Assembly (NCBI GenBank): GCA_951406725.2
Contig: OX597817.1
Coordinates: forward strand, 136,710,001-136,774,000
Length of the DNA: 64,000 nucleotides
Direction of reading: 5' to 3'
From: Octopus vulgaris
Lineage: Eukaryota
Positions 26,031 through 39,670 of the stretch are shown one piece after another (within the stretch, counting starts at the first letter, position 1; the number at the start of each line of letters is the position of its first letter). The translations under genes were made by a program, and so were the position numbers. The notes below the pieces were generated by a model, which was given only the letters and a program-made list of their open reading frames with translations, had not been told where the DNA came from and did no database searches.

Positions 26031-26072
<42 letters not shown>

Positions 26073-26081
26073 CATATATAT

Positions 26082-26113
<32 letters not shown>

Positions 26114-26133
26114 GTATAATATATATACATACA

Positions 26134-26197
<64 letters not shown>

Positions 26198-26331
26198 TGC
26201 ATACATACATACATATATATATACACACACACACATATGATTACAAACATTGTTGTTCATACACACAGAACACATTGTGGCTATCTCTTTCACTTTAAAG
26301 AATGGTTATATTTTTCAGTTATCAAAATGTA

Positions 26332-26368
<37 letters not shown>

Positions 26369-26524
26369 CTGTATCGAATAATCATTCAATTTAATGTAAA
26401 CTTTATGTTTGTGCGTGTGAAGATTCTGTAGCATAAATTTTTGTGTATGCTGATATATGTTTGTATTATATACAAAGGTGCACACGTGGAAATTTAGGAA
26501 AAACATAATATAATGCTAAACAGA

Positions 26525-26562
<38 letters not shown>

Positions 26563-26783
26563 TGTGTGTATAAATATATGAATATGTCTAAATGTGTATA
26601 CATATATGTGTACATGTATGTATATATATGTATCTGTATGTTTATGTGTATATATATAGACATGTATATGTGTGGATGGACATATATATATGTATATGTG
26701 TGTATAGATATATATTTATGTATATGCATGTATAGACATATATATATATATACACATGTATAAATATATACATATATGTATGA

Positions 26784-26832
<49 letters not shown>

Positions 26833-26977
26833 TGTATATGTACAAATATATATACATGTATTGTTATATTTCGGAATGGTCATTTTGCCAGTTTAGTCAT
26901 GTATATGTATGTATGAATATATATATATATATATGGTCCAACCCATGGTAGCATGAAAAACGGACATTAAACGATGA

Positions 26978-27008
<31 letters not shown>

Positions 27009-27120
27009 CGCTTGTATATGTATGTATAAATATACATGTATGTGTACGTATAAATATACATGTATGTGTATGTATAAATATATATATGTGTATGTGTAAA
27101 TATATATATGCATGTATATG

Positions 27121-27152
<32 letters not shown>

Positions 27153-27202
27153 CGCATGTATGTGTATATATAAATATGCATATATATATATATATATACA
27201 TG

Positions 27203-27234
<32 letters not shown>

Positions 27235-27585
27235 CGCTCGTATATGTATGTATAATTATACATGTATGTGTATGTATAAATATACATGTATGTATATGTA
27301 TAAATGTACATGCATGTGTATATATAAATATATATATTTTTATGTATAAATATATATATGTATGTGTATGTATAAATATACATGTATGTGTATATATAAA
27401 TATATATATGTTTACGTATAAATATATAGATACATGTATGTGTAAATATTTATATATATATATCTATATATATGCACACAGATATATATGTATAAGCATA
27501 TATATATGTATTTGTATGTATGAATATATAAATGTATGTGTATGTATAAAAATATATATGTTTATATATACACATGTATGTATAA

Positions 27586-27639
<54 letters not shown>

Positions 27640-27653
27640 GTATGTATATATAC

Positions 27654-28641
<988 letters not shown>

Positions 28642-28748
28642 GTATGTATGTATATACTGACACACACACACACACGCATATATGTGTATTATACATCTAT
28701 CTGCTTCAATATATATTTGCTGTACATGTATATATGTGTGTTTGTGCC

Positions 28749-28793
<45 letters not shown>

Positions 28794-28875
28794 GAAATTT
28801 ACAGAATGATGAAAGATCAAGACAGGTTTATTTCATGTACATGTATATATACACACACATATATATACACATATA

Positions 28876-28939
<64 letters not shown>

Positions 28940-28940
<1 letters not shown>

Positions 28941-29333
28941 CGCCTTACTGGCACTTATACCTGTGCTAGTAGGGTACCAAGAGCACCATCCGAGCATGAT
29001 CGTCACCAGAGCAACCAACTGGCTTCCGTACCCATGGCATGTAAAAGGGCACCATTCGAGCGTGATCATTACTAACATCGCTTCACTGGCACCTGTGCCT
29101 GTGGCACGTGTAAAAAGATTTGAGCGAGGTCGTTGCCAGTGCCGCATGACTGGCACATAAAAAGCACCCACTACACTCTCGGAGTGGTTGGCATTAGGAA
29201 GGGCATCCAGCTGTAGAAACTCTGCCAGATCAAGATTGGAGCCTGGTGTAGCCATCTGGCTCGCCAGCCCTCAGTCAAAATTGTCCAACCCATGCTAGCA
29301 TGGAAAGCGGACATTAAACGAAGGTGATGATGA
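28940..29333 (+). mobile_element. Family B element, young copy
   Basis: ggcattaggaagggcatccagctgtagaaac...ccaacccatgctagcatggaaagcggacattaaacg followed by (GAT)n. Confidence 0.88.
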
Positions 29334-29383
29334 TATATACATGGATATGAATATGTACATACTTGTAAACACACACACACATG

Positions 29384-29437
<54 letters not shown>

Positions 29438-29461
29438 CATGTATTTTTAATTATATATGTA

Positions 29462-29700
29462 ATCATCATCATCGTCATTTAACGTCCTTTTTCCAAGCTG
29501 GCATGGGTTTGATGGTTTGACTGTTACTGGTAAGCTGGTGAGCTGCACAAGGTTCCTGTCTGATTTGATATGGTTTATATACGACTGGATGCCCTCCCTA
29601 GTGTCAACCACTCTCAGAATTTAATGTAGGGTCTTTATGTGCCACTGGCATGGGTACCATTTACGTGACACTGGCAACAACCACAACTATGATTCCAGTG
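29462..29700 (-). mobile_element. Family B element, inverted relative to its neighbour
   Basis: atcatcatcatcgtcatttaacgtcc...ctggatgccctcccta. Confidence 0.8.
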
Positions 29701-29863
29701 AGAAGGGCCAGTGTGCAACGATGTGGTTGGGAGATAGGCCCCTAACCCCCAAAGCACACTAGCATCCACTATGCGGGGCTTTCAACTGGTAGTAGGTTGG
29801 TTGTAAAAAAACCTGAAAATATATTTACATATGTGCCTGTGTGTATATACATACATGTATATA

Positions 29864-29907
<44 letters not shown>

Positions 29908-30032
29908 CATACATGTATATATTCATATATATATATATATATATACATACACTTATATATTCATATATATACATATGTATATGTATATATATTTATATAT
30001 GTACAAATTAATGTGTGTGTATACGTACAGAA

Positions 30033-30122
<90 letters not shown>

Positions 30123-30149
30123 TGGATATATTTATATAATTTTGGTTTT

Positions 30150-30535
30150 GACTTCTTTTAGTCATTTACTGTGGCCATGCTGGAGGATTGCTTTAAAGGG
30201 TTTTAGTTGAACAAATCAACTGTAGGACTTGTTATTTTTTTAAAGTCTAGTACTTATATTGGCCTCTTTTGCCAAACTGCTAAGTTACAGGGATTAAGTT
30301 GTCACTGGTTGTCAAGCAGTGTTGGGGGACTAACTCAGACACTGAGATAAACACACACACACACACATATTGGTATATTTACAATGGGCTTCCTGCAGTT
30401 TCCGTGTACAAAATCCACTGGCAAGGCTTTGTTCGGTCCAAGGCTATAGTATAAGGCACTTTCCCAAGATGTCATGCTGTGGAACTGAACCCATAGCCAT
30501 GTGCTTGGAAAGCAAGCTGCCCACCACATAGTCAT
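30150..30535 (-). mobile_element. SINE family A, full length
   Basis: Both halves present, with an internal (CA)n. Confidence 0.8.
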
Positions 30536-30825
30536 TTCTGTATTTGTATACACATATCTAAATATACATGTGTGTGTGTGTGTCTGTATATATATATATA
30601 TATACACATGCACACACATGCACACACATGTATATATATATATACACACACACATGCACATGCACACACATGTATATATACATATGCATCATCATTTAAC
30701 ATGTGCTTTCTATGCTGACAAGTGTTGAACTACATACACACACATGTATGTATATATATATATATATATCATATAGCATTGTACCACATGTATAAGCAAG
30801 ATTTTAATGCAGTATTTATCACAAG

Positions 30826-30861
30826 TGTTTGACGGATGGGAATGTGAAACTCTGAGTAACA
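30826..30861 (+). ncRNA. Degenerate minimal hammerhead motif in a TA-flanked module
   Basis: tgt-TTGACGG-atg ggaa tgt-GAAA-ct ctg ag-TA-aca; stems I and III intact; core has two substitutions. Confidence 0.45.
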
Positions 30862-31045
30862 GTTCTGTGATAATTTTACAGCTTCAATAAAAAGTATATT
30901 ACTCTGCATTTGGTATTCAAGTACTATTTTTCCACCAAGATTTGCGCTTATGTACTCATATGTGTGTGTGTGTATTTATATATATAGTCTTTTGTATGCA
31001 TTGCGCTTACATATTTTGATATATATGGAAACATACAAACGTGTA

Positions 31046-31087
<42 letters not shown>

Positions 31088-31194
31088 TATATGCATATAT
31101 ATTTGTATGTATACATATATATGTATGTATGTATATATATATATATGTATATATTTATATATATATATACACATACATATATACATATATATAC

Positions 31195-31225
<31 letters not shown>

Positions 31226-31232
31226 CATATAC

Positions 31233-31266
<34 letters not shown>

Positions 31267-31324
31267 ACACATACATATATACATATATATACATATACAT
31301 ATATATACATATACATATATATAC

Positions 31325-31355
<31 letters not shown>

Positions 31356-31412
31356 CATATACATACATATATGCATATATATATATACATATATATTTAT
31401 GTATATACATAC

Positions 31413-31579
<167 letters not shown>

Positions 31580-31620
31580 AAAAAAAAAAAAAAAAAAATA
31601 AATATATATATATATATATA

Positions 31621-31925
31621 TATTCTACCAGTAAATAATTGGGGTTTTTTTAAAAGCCTTTATAGAAATTATTTACTCTTATCATTATATATACACATAT
31701 ATATATATTATACATACATACATACATATATATATATAAATTTAAATAATCAGAAAATGGAGAGTATTTAAATTTGATTCCTGATAAACTTTTGTTTATT
31801 CTGTTGTTATGAGCATAGTGTGCCTGCAGACCCATGCCCAGGGATAGTATAGGTAAATGATTCCAATAGTAAATATGGATATTTTTATCCCTTAGTGGGT
31901 TACTACAACTGCTAACTCTGCTTAC
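31621..31925. mobile_element. TA-embedded module, same family as 425-560
   Basis: Reverse-complement match to 434-555; shares the motif tatcccttagt with 35575-35610. Confidence 0.6.
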
Positions 31926-31964
31926 CTGTATATGTATATATGCATATATATATGTGTTTGTATG

Positions 31965-31997
<33 letters not shown>

Positions 31998-32218
31998 TTG
32001 TGTATGCATATGTGTGTGTGTGTGTGTTTGTGTATGCATATGTGTGTGAATGTATATATGTGTGTTTGTATGCATGTATATATATGTATTTGTGTTTTTG
32101 TGTGTATGTATATATGTGTGTGTTTGTATATATATATATATATATATACAGACATATATATATATATGTGTGTGTGTGTTTGTGTGTGTATATATATATG
32201 TATGTATGTATATATATA

Positions 32219-32257
<39 letters not shown>

Positions 32258-32258
<1 letters not shown>

Positions 32259-32530
32259 ACAATAAGAAAATTGTGGGGATCAATAGATGGTTTATCAACT
32301 TTTAGACATCATATTAACTTATTTATTTATTTACTAAATTGACAATTACAATAATATGGTTAAATATCTTTTTACTTTCACCCATTTAGCACACTAGGTA
32401 ATGTAATTGCAATGCAATAGAAAACACTTGTGTATTAATAATTGGGTATTCTACCAGCAGTATATTGGATAGATATTATACCTTAGTTGGTTGGATTCAC
32501 AACCTCTAACTTTCTTGGAGGATATATCAT
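32258..32530. mobile_element. TA-embedded module, paralog of 35419-35640
   Basis: Shared ggggatcaa...tcaactt..tagacat and tattctaccagcagtatattggatagata...ttagttggttggattcacaacctctaact. Confidence 0.7.
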
Positions 32531-32813
32531 TTTATATCATCACAAGTATATATTTTTTTTTTTTTTATCCCTATATATTATTAATTTTATATTTATAGAC
32601 ATAAGTTATGTGAGAAAATAGTTTTCGTAAATTTCAATTTTTATTCGTATTTTTTATTTTTATCTTTATTTTTTATTTTATTTTTTGTAATTTTTTATTT
32701 GAATTAAATTATGGTTTGTACAGTAGGGTCCGGCGAACTTATTTACACATACTTATTTGGTTAAAAAATTAAAATATAGTTTTTAGTATCAAACTATGAT
32801 AAAGTGATGTGGA

Positions 32814-32908
32814 GGCCTGATGATTGGGGTTATATTTTAAGAAAGGTTCCAGCAAAACATGCCGTGGTTAAGGAACTGGGAAATTAACCTCAAGAAACGC
32901 GTGTAGCC
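32814..32908 (+). ncRNA. Type-I hammerhead ribozyme, complete catalytic core
   Basis: ggc-CTGATGA(32817-23)-ttggggtta...taacctcaa-GAAA(32894-97)-C gcgt G-TA^gcc; predicted cut after 32905. Confidence 0.75.
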
Positions 32909-33014
32909 AAGATATAAGTAGTAAGTATTAAATTAAATTAAAATTCTTTTATATGGTGGGATGAAGGGTCCTACTATCTCTAAATGAATATATATATTTT
33001 CATTTAGAGATCTC

Positions 33015-33109
33015 GGCTACACGTGTTTCTTGAGGTTCATTTCCCGGTTCCTTAACCACGCTGTGTTTTGCTGGTACCTTTCTTAAAATATAATCCCAAT
33101 CATCAGGCC
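33015..33109 (-). ncRNA. Type-I hammerhead ribozyme, complete core, inverted copy
   Basis: Minus strand reads ggc-CTGATGA-ttgggatt...aacctcaa-GAAA-C acgt G-TA^gcc; stem III ACACGTGT is a perfect palindrome. Confidence 0.72.
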
Positions 33110-33544
33110 TCTACATATATATTGTTTGTTTGTTATAATAAAACAATTTTACATTAAATTCTTTCATAAGAATAGTGTTGATTGTGACTTTGAAGTGTTG
33201 GCCAGCTATGCCATCATCATCTATAAAAGTTTCTTATAGATGAACATTATGGGTAAATATATATATATAAGAGGTTGTATTATGAAGGACCTGCAGCTGT
33301 AAAAACCCTGCTAAAACAGCCCCTGTCAAACTGTCCAGCCCTTGCCAGCATAGAAAATGGACACTAGACGATGATGATATATACTCACACATATATTTAT
33401 AAGCACAGGCATATACATTTTATAGATATAACATTTATCTATTCTATACACCCTTCCACACACATAGAATCAAAGTGATATGTGTCTACCTGCCCTTATC
33501 CTGTCATCTTTCAATATCGTATCACCTTTGATATTAATAATTTC

Positions 33545-33740
33545 AAATTTTGGCTGAAGCGCAGCAATTTTAGTGGGTCAGTTATGTCAATCGCAGTACT
33601 TCATGCCTACATTATTTTCTTGACCTCAAAAGGCTGTAAAGGTAAGTTGACCTTGTTGGGATTCAAACTCTAAATGTAGTAAATTGGAAGAAATACTGTT
33701 TCCCTTACCTGTTACCAATTCCACCTGTTCATCACCTTAG
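33545..33740 (-). mobile_element. SINE family C, degenerate
   Basis: gacctcaaaaggctgtaaaggtaagttgaccttgttgggattcaaactc. Confidence 0.6.
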
Positions 33741-34769
33741 CCTTGATAATAATTAGTTTACCTTCAGTGATAAAATATACCAACAGTGAAAACAGCAACT
33801 GGAATGTGAACATATTTCTCTCTTTAGTTTGTGACCCTTCGAGTAGCCAGTGGTTAGTGCCTGGGTTTGAAACTAGAATATCTTTCAATTTCCTCTGTTG
33901 ATGTTTATATTTATTTTATCATTTCAAAAGCGCTCATGTTACTTTTCTTTATTAACTTTTTCTTTTTACTTGAAATTTTCAGTTTTTAGGTTCACAGAAA
34001 GTAATATCAACATAATAACTTAAGTGATATTAACCATCTGTCTGTCTGTCTCTCTCTGTCTATTAAAATACAGAATGAAAAAAGTTGGTATATTCTTAAT
34101 TCCATGTTTCATGCATTACATTATGGGTTAGGAGTCACAAACTTGTGGAAAAAATGTGAATATTCTCCTCTTTGTAATTCTGGAAACAAAGTTTTAAAAT
34201 CAATATTAGTATTTATTTTTAATAAGGTTTACTCTTTTCTTCTTTTCTTCTTAGATATGTGAAGGATTATGGGGTGGAGATTCCATACATGTTTTTTTCT
34301 ACATATATACCTTTGTGACTCCTCTCCCATAATGAAACCTATGGAATTAAAAATATACCAAATTTTTTTTCTCGTCTTCTGTTTTGCTATGCAATTACTC
34401 TGCAAATAGGGTTCACTGGAACTTTCAGATGCAATAGATGTGTCATGTGAAATAAGACATCCATAGACATACACTGGATTAATGTGAAGATGCAGATGTG
34501 CTTCATGAGGACATAGCTTGGATTAGAACTCCTTATATATGATATATCTGTCAGTCTGTCTGTATATAGATACAAAATATATTCTCTTCCACTTTTTCAA
34601 ATGTACGCTACTGTAACATGAATTTAAAAAATTCCTTTCTGCGTATGCTCACCCACCCATATGTATTGGGTATGTATTGTTTCCATTTTACTGGAACCAG
34701 TGCACATATTTATTGCTGACTTAATGCCCCCTAACACGCCACCAAGGTACCACATTACATAATATATAT

Positions 34770-35400
34770 ATTCTTTTATTCTTTTACTTGTTTCAGTCAT
34801 TTTGACTTTGACCATGCTACAGCATTGCCTTCAGTTGAACAAATCGACCCCAAAACTTCTTATTATTTGCAAGCATAGTACTTATTCTATCAGTCTCTTT
34901 TGCTGTACCTGCTAAGTTTCAGGGATGTAAACATACCAACATTAGTTGTCAAGCGATAGTGGGGGAATAGACAGAGACATACAAACATATACACACACAT
35001 ACATACATGCATACATATATATATATATTTTCATATGTGACCGCGTGTGTATCATTGGTGATTTTCTTTCCCCGTCTTCCCTTCTTTGGACTTTTTCTAT
35101 ATTTCTAATGAAGAGCTCTGCTCGAAACGTGAAATCCTCTTTTTTTTCCTTCCTTTCCTGAGTGTCCAATAACACAATACTTATACTATGTCCTTGCATT
35201 TTTTCTTGCTTGTTCTTGTTTGGATTGACTACACACACACACACACACATATGATGGGTTTCTTACAGTTTCTATCTACTAAATCAACTTGCCAGGCTTT
35301 GGTTGGCCTGAGGCTATAGTAGAAGACACTTGCCCAAGGTGCCACACAGTGGGACTGAACCTGGAACTATGTGGTTGGGAAGGAAGCTTCTACCACACAG
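34770..35400 (-). mobile_element. SINE family A with a nested hammerhead module
   Basis: 3' half at 34770-34985, 5' half at 35250-35400, foreign segment at about 35030-35230 inside the internal microsatellite. Confidence 0.8.
35101..35135 (+). ncRNA. Minimal hammerhead motif, decayed
   Basis: attt-CTAATGA-a-gagc tct gctc-GAAA-CG-TG-aaat; same layout as 4786-4831. Confidence 0.6.
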
Positions 35401-35418
35401 TTTATATATATATATATG

Positions 35419-35640
35419 TAGCAATTAGAAAATGGAGGGGATCAAGAGGTACTGGTCATCAACTTGTAGACATTATATTATGTCAATTTATTTATTTTTT
35501 AAAAAGACAATTATAATAATATACATACATGTATAACAGATTATGCTTTACAGTAATAACTGGATATTCTACCAGCAGTATATTGGATAGATAGTATCCC
35601 TTAGTTGGTTGGATTCACAACCTCTAACTGTCTTGGAATT
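35419..35640. mobile_element. TA-embedded module, paralog of 32258-32530
   Basis: Near-identical 75-bp block at 35563-35637 versus 32445-32518. Confidence 0.7.
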
Positions 35641-36108
35641 TTTTATATATATATATATATAGAGAGAGAGAGGGGGGGATATGTACATGCATATATAAAA
35701 TACATCATGTGCATAGACTTAAATATGTATGTATCACTTCTGTCATCATCATTTGAACCTCCTCTTTCCCATATTTGTTCAGACAGAACTCATTAATGCC
35801 TTTCCTGTCACTGACCTTCACCTGTTTTCAAGCAAGGAAATTTTTCATACAGGCCAGAAATTTTGTCATGGGCAATATAGAAATGGGCAACATAACTTGT
35901 ACAATGGTGATGTTTGTTTACATCCATCATATGATGTCACTACCAGGGTACAACTATGTGAACGAGCACACACTACCATTGGTTTCATGCCTGAAACCAA
36001 TAGCAGCTCGAATTTAAATACAGTGTGTGTTAAATGATATTTATCTCTTACTGGATCAAGTACTTTTTGTTGATCCCACCAATAGTAGAACAGTCAGTTA
36101 TGTATATA

Positions 36109-36260
36109 CCGTATTTGCCAGTATATGAGATGCATTCTTGTATAAGACACATCCCTAATTTAAAATCATATTTTGTGGGAAAAAAAAAACAAATTTAATA
36201 AGGTTCACCATACACTCGTACACTTGGTATAGCACCCACATTATTATAATCACATTAAAT
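36109..36260. mobile_element. pogo/Tc2-type MITE end fragment
   Basis: TA|ccgtatttgccagtatatgagatgc...tataagacac terminus pattern; second TIR not found. Confidence 0.4.
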
Positions 36261-36379
36261 GCTTGATTTGTTTGTTAGATTTAAGAATAGAAGGACACAT
36301 CTTGCTTGCCTGCATATACAGTGTATATATGTGTGTATGTGTATGTTTGTGTATATTTGAAATGACAATCGACTGATAT

Positions 36380-37432
36380 GTCTGGTGGTACAAGGTTCTT
36401 GAGAAGACCCACCCACGTCAGTGAAACTGAGTTCTAGAAGCACTGTGCATTCCACAAGCACTGCGTGTTCCACCCACATGTAACAAGGAAACTTTTCACA
36501 CGCCCTACCCCAACAAACCAAACTACATCTCTTCTCTTCCTCACATCTCTTTCGTGCACTATGCTCACCTCTCGCTCCTCAATCCTGTCTTCATGGACCT
36601 GTTCACTGTATCATTGCTATCCAGTAGCCCCCCACCCCCTCACTATACCCAGGTTTTCACCATTCATTGCATTCCCCTCTCCCACTCTCTACTCACGATT
36701 CTTTGGCAATGTCCTACCACTTATATTGTTACCCCAAAGGTATGCCCTGCCCGTTGCCACCATCTGTGTCTCTCTACTTTTACTTAACCATCCCATTTAT
36801 GCTCTGTTTCCCCCCCCCCCCCCGTTCTTTGTGAGTATGCCCAGCACTTTGCCACCATATCTCTCCTGCTCTCTTTTGTACTCTTGCTGTCTCCCACTCT
36901 CTTTCTCTTTCTCCTGTTCTTCCCTTGGGCTGGGTTACCATTTATCTCCTTTATAGCAGCACACCCGTTTCTGCCTTCATTCCTGCTCTCTCTCTCTCTT
37001 TCTCTCTCTCTCTGGCCAGGTAACCATATACCTCCTCTACAGCAAGACACCTGTTTCTGTCTCACTATAACCTTTCAGCATCCAATACAAGATCACCTCC
37101 TCCAGTGCCCTCTCCCCTTTCAAAGGATCTTTGTCTTGCAAGTTACTTGGTGACCTTGCCAGTGCTACTACCATATAAAGAAGCATCCAGTCCACACTGT
37201 AAAGTGGTTGGCATTTGGAAGGGCATCCACTTGTAGAAAACTTACCAAAACTGACCTTGCCTGTGCTAGTATCACATAAAAAGCACTAAGTCCACAGTGT
37301 GCTGGGTGGTTGATGTTAGGAAGGGCATCCAGCTGTAAAAACCATGCCAAAAGAGACACAGAAGTCTGGTGCAGGCTTCTGCCAAACTGTCCAACCCATG
37401 CCAGCATGGAAGGCGGATGTTAAATGATGATC
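36380..37432 (+). mobile_element. Long family B element with extended pyrimidine-rich 5' region
   Basis: tcttgcaagttacttgg (also reversed at 16864-16880), duplicated gtggttg..ggaagggcatcc unit, and (GAT)n tail. Confidence 0.7.
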
Positions 37433-37904
37433 ACCACACACACACACACACACATACACACTGTGTGATGTGTTACAGGTCCGATACTGTATCTTTGAAA
37501 AAGGAAATCTGCACAATTGCTTTGATGACCAGCTGTGTATCAGATTATCGACAGTGTACACTGCTGTTGCAAGTGTACAGTGTTGCCAATAGGATAGAGT
37601 TTCCTTAACATGACTAAAGTGATATTTAATACCTAAAGTTGGTAGTGTTTATATCATATGTAGTATTATTGAATACATAACACAATAGAAATGATGGTGA
37701 CGATGGCAGTGATGGTGGTGACCATGGTGGTGATGGTAATTGATACTGGTAGCTGTAGTGGCAGTTAACAGATGTAGTAGTGGTAGTAGTAATGGTGTTG
37801 GTGGTTGCTGGTGCAGTGGTGACCCTTGTGATATTTAATCTTACAACAGCTATATACAAACCAAATACCAAACACATCATGTCCTACACTCTTTTATAGC
37901 TGCC

Positions 37905-37949
<45 letters not shown>

Positions 37950-38508
37950 TTGACAGTGTTAGCTTAAAGAAATATTTTCAGGTGAAAATAACACAAGTTA
38001 ATGAATTCATTTGATACAGAGCCTGAAGTGTAGAGAAGGTGTGCGTGGGTGGGTGGGAGAGAGGGAGAAAGAGGGAGAGAGTGTAAGTGTATAAATAAAT
38101 ATGAAGGTGTGCTTATTGACTAACATCGCAATGTGAGATGTATTTGTTCAGGTGTTGCTTGGCAAACATGCAACAAAACTAAACTCCTTTTCTTGTTATG
38201 TGTGTGTGTGGGTATGTGTTTATAATATTCTGCATACACTTATGTATGTGTATGTGTATCTCTTAATTTGTGTGCATGGAGATGGAGGGACATGGTTCTG
38301 GTTAAGCTATTTAAAGGATGAACTTTCATGGGTTAAAAATGGTGGCGTTGACATCACTTCAGTTTTATGCATTTACAATAAATATTCCTCTTTCTGTCTG
38401 ACTACTCTTTCCACCTGTACTTTTGTTTTGCTTTGTTAAAATTGAAATGCACATCTAAGTATTAAATGATGTACAGTAGACATACACACGTGTGTGTGTG
38501 TGTGTGTG

Positions 38509-38740
38509 TAGTAATCCCTTGCCATATTGTGGTTCTCCTACTGCGGGTTCACCTTTCACAGTTTATTATTTAAGCTTACGTCGATTCCTCCATAGTGTTG
38601 TTTTGCATTTATAATAAAATAGAAATATAGAAAATAATAAACTAATTTTAAAATTATTCAGTACAGCACTGTTTCTACTTTGTGGATTTTTACCTATCGT
38701 GGGGTTTTGGAACATAACTCCTGCGATAGTCAAGGGATTA

Positions 38741-38743
<3 letters not shown>
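38509..38743. mobile_element. Tigger/pogo-like MITE
   Basis: TIRs (t)agtaatcccttg and caagggattactg|TA. Confidence 0.8.
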
Positions 38744-38788
<45 letters not shown>

Positions 38789-39349
38789 CCCTCACAGACA
38801 CACACATATATATATGTATGTGTTCAGGCATGATTCTGGTTAAAAAGCTAGCTTTCAAATTATGTGGTCCAGTCCCTCTTCGCAGTACCTTAGGCAAGTT
38901 TCTTCTAGGTCTCACCAAATCAAAATCCTGTCAGTGAATTTGCTAGACTGAAACTGATGCAACCTATTGCGTGCGTGTGTATGTGTGTGTGTGTGTATTT
39001 GCATGGCGTATAAAAGCACAAACATATGTTGTAGTAGATGAGCATCATCTGTTATGGGTGCCAGAACTGTCTCATCATATGATTTCAGTCTACTGGACTT
39101 CAGCAGTGGCAAGCATCTGGTGACTATAAACCAGTGAAATCTCATTGCCACCATGTAGAATTTCTGTGTCTTTTCAGCCAGCAGGCTTATTAAAAAATAA
39201 TTATTAGCAATAGAAGCAGTTTCAGTACTAAAAGACTTTTGTTACTAATCATTATTCTTTAGTAAACCTGCTGACTATTTGCAATATAAGTGACTGAAGA
39301 GACACTGAAATTCTATATACTGTGGCAGTGAGACACAGAAGAAGCCAAA

Positions 39350-39670
39350 TGCCTGCTGTTTTCTATGCTGGCATGGGTTGGACGAATCGACCGAGGACTG
39401 GCAAGCCAGTAAGCTGCACCAGGCTCCAATCTGATCTAACAAGGTTTCTACAGCTGGATGCCCTTCCAAATGCCAACCACTCTGAGAGTGTAGAGGGTGC
39501 CTTTTATGTGCCACTGGCATGAGAGCACATTTGGTTGGTGCTTTTTACATGTCACTGGCACAGGAGCCAGTCAAGCGGCACTGACATCGGCCATGACTAC
39601 AATTTTGATTTTATTTGACTCAATAGGTCTTCTCAAGCACAGCATATCACCTGATGATTCAAGGCTACTT
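39350..39670 (-). mobile_element. Family B element
   Basis: ctatgctggcatgggttggacg...tttctacagctggatgcccttcc. Confidence 0.85.

Larger units (their letters stand above)
32807..33116. mobile_element. Foldback module with convergent hammerhead ribozymes
   Basis: 107-bp inverted arms 32807-32913 and 33010-33116 (10 mismatches by eye); extra hairpin at 32976-33011. Confidence 0.85.
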
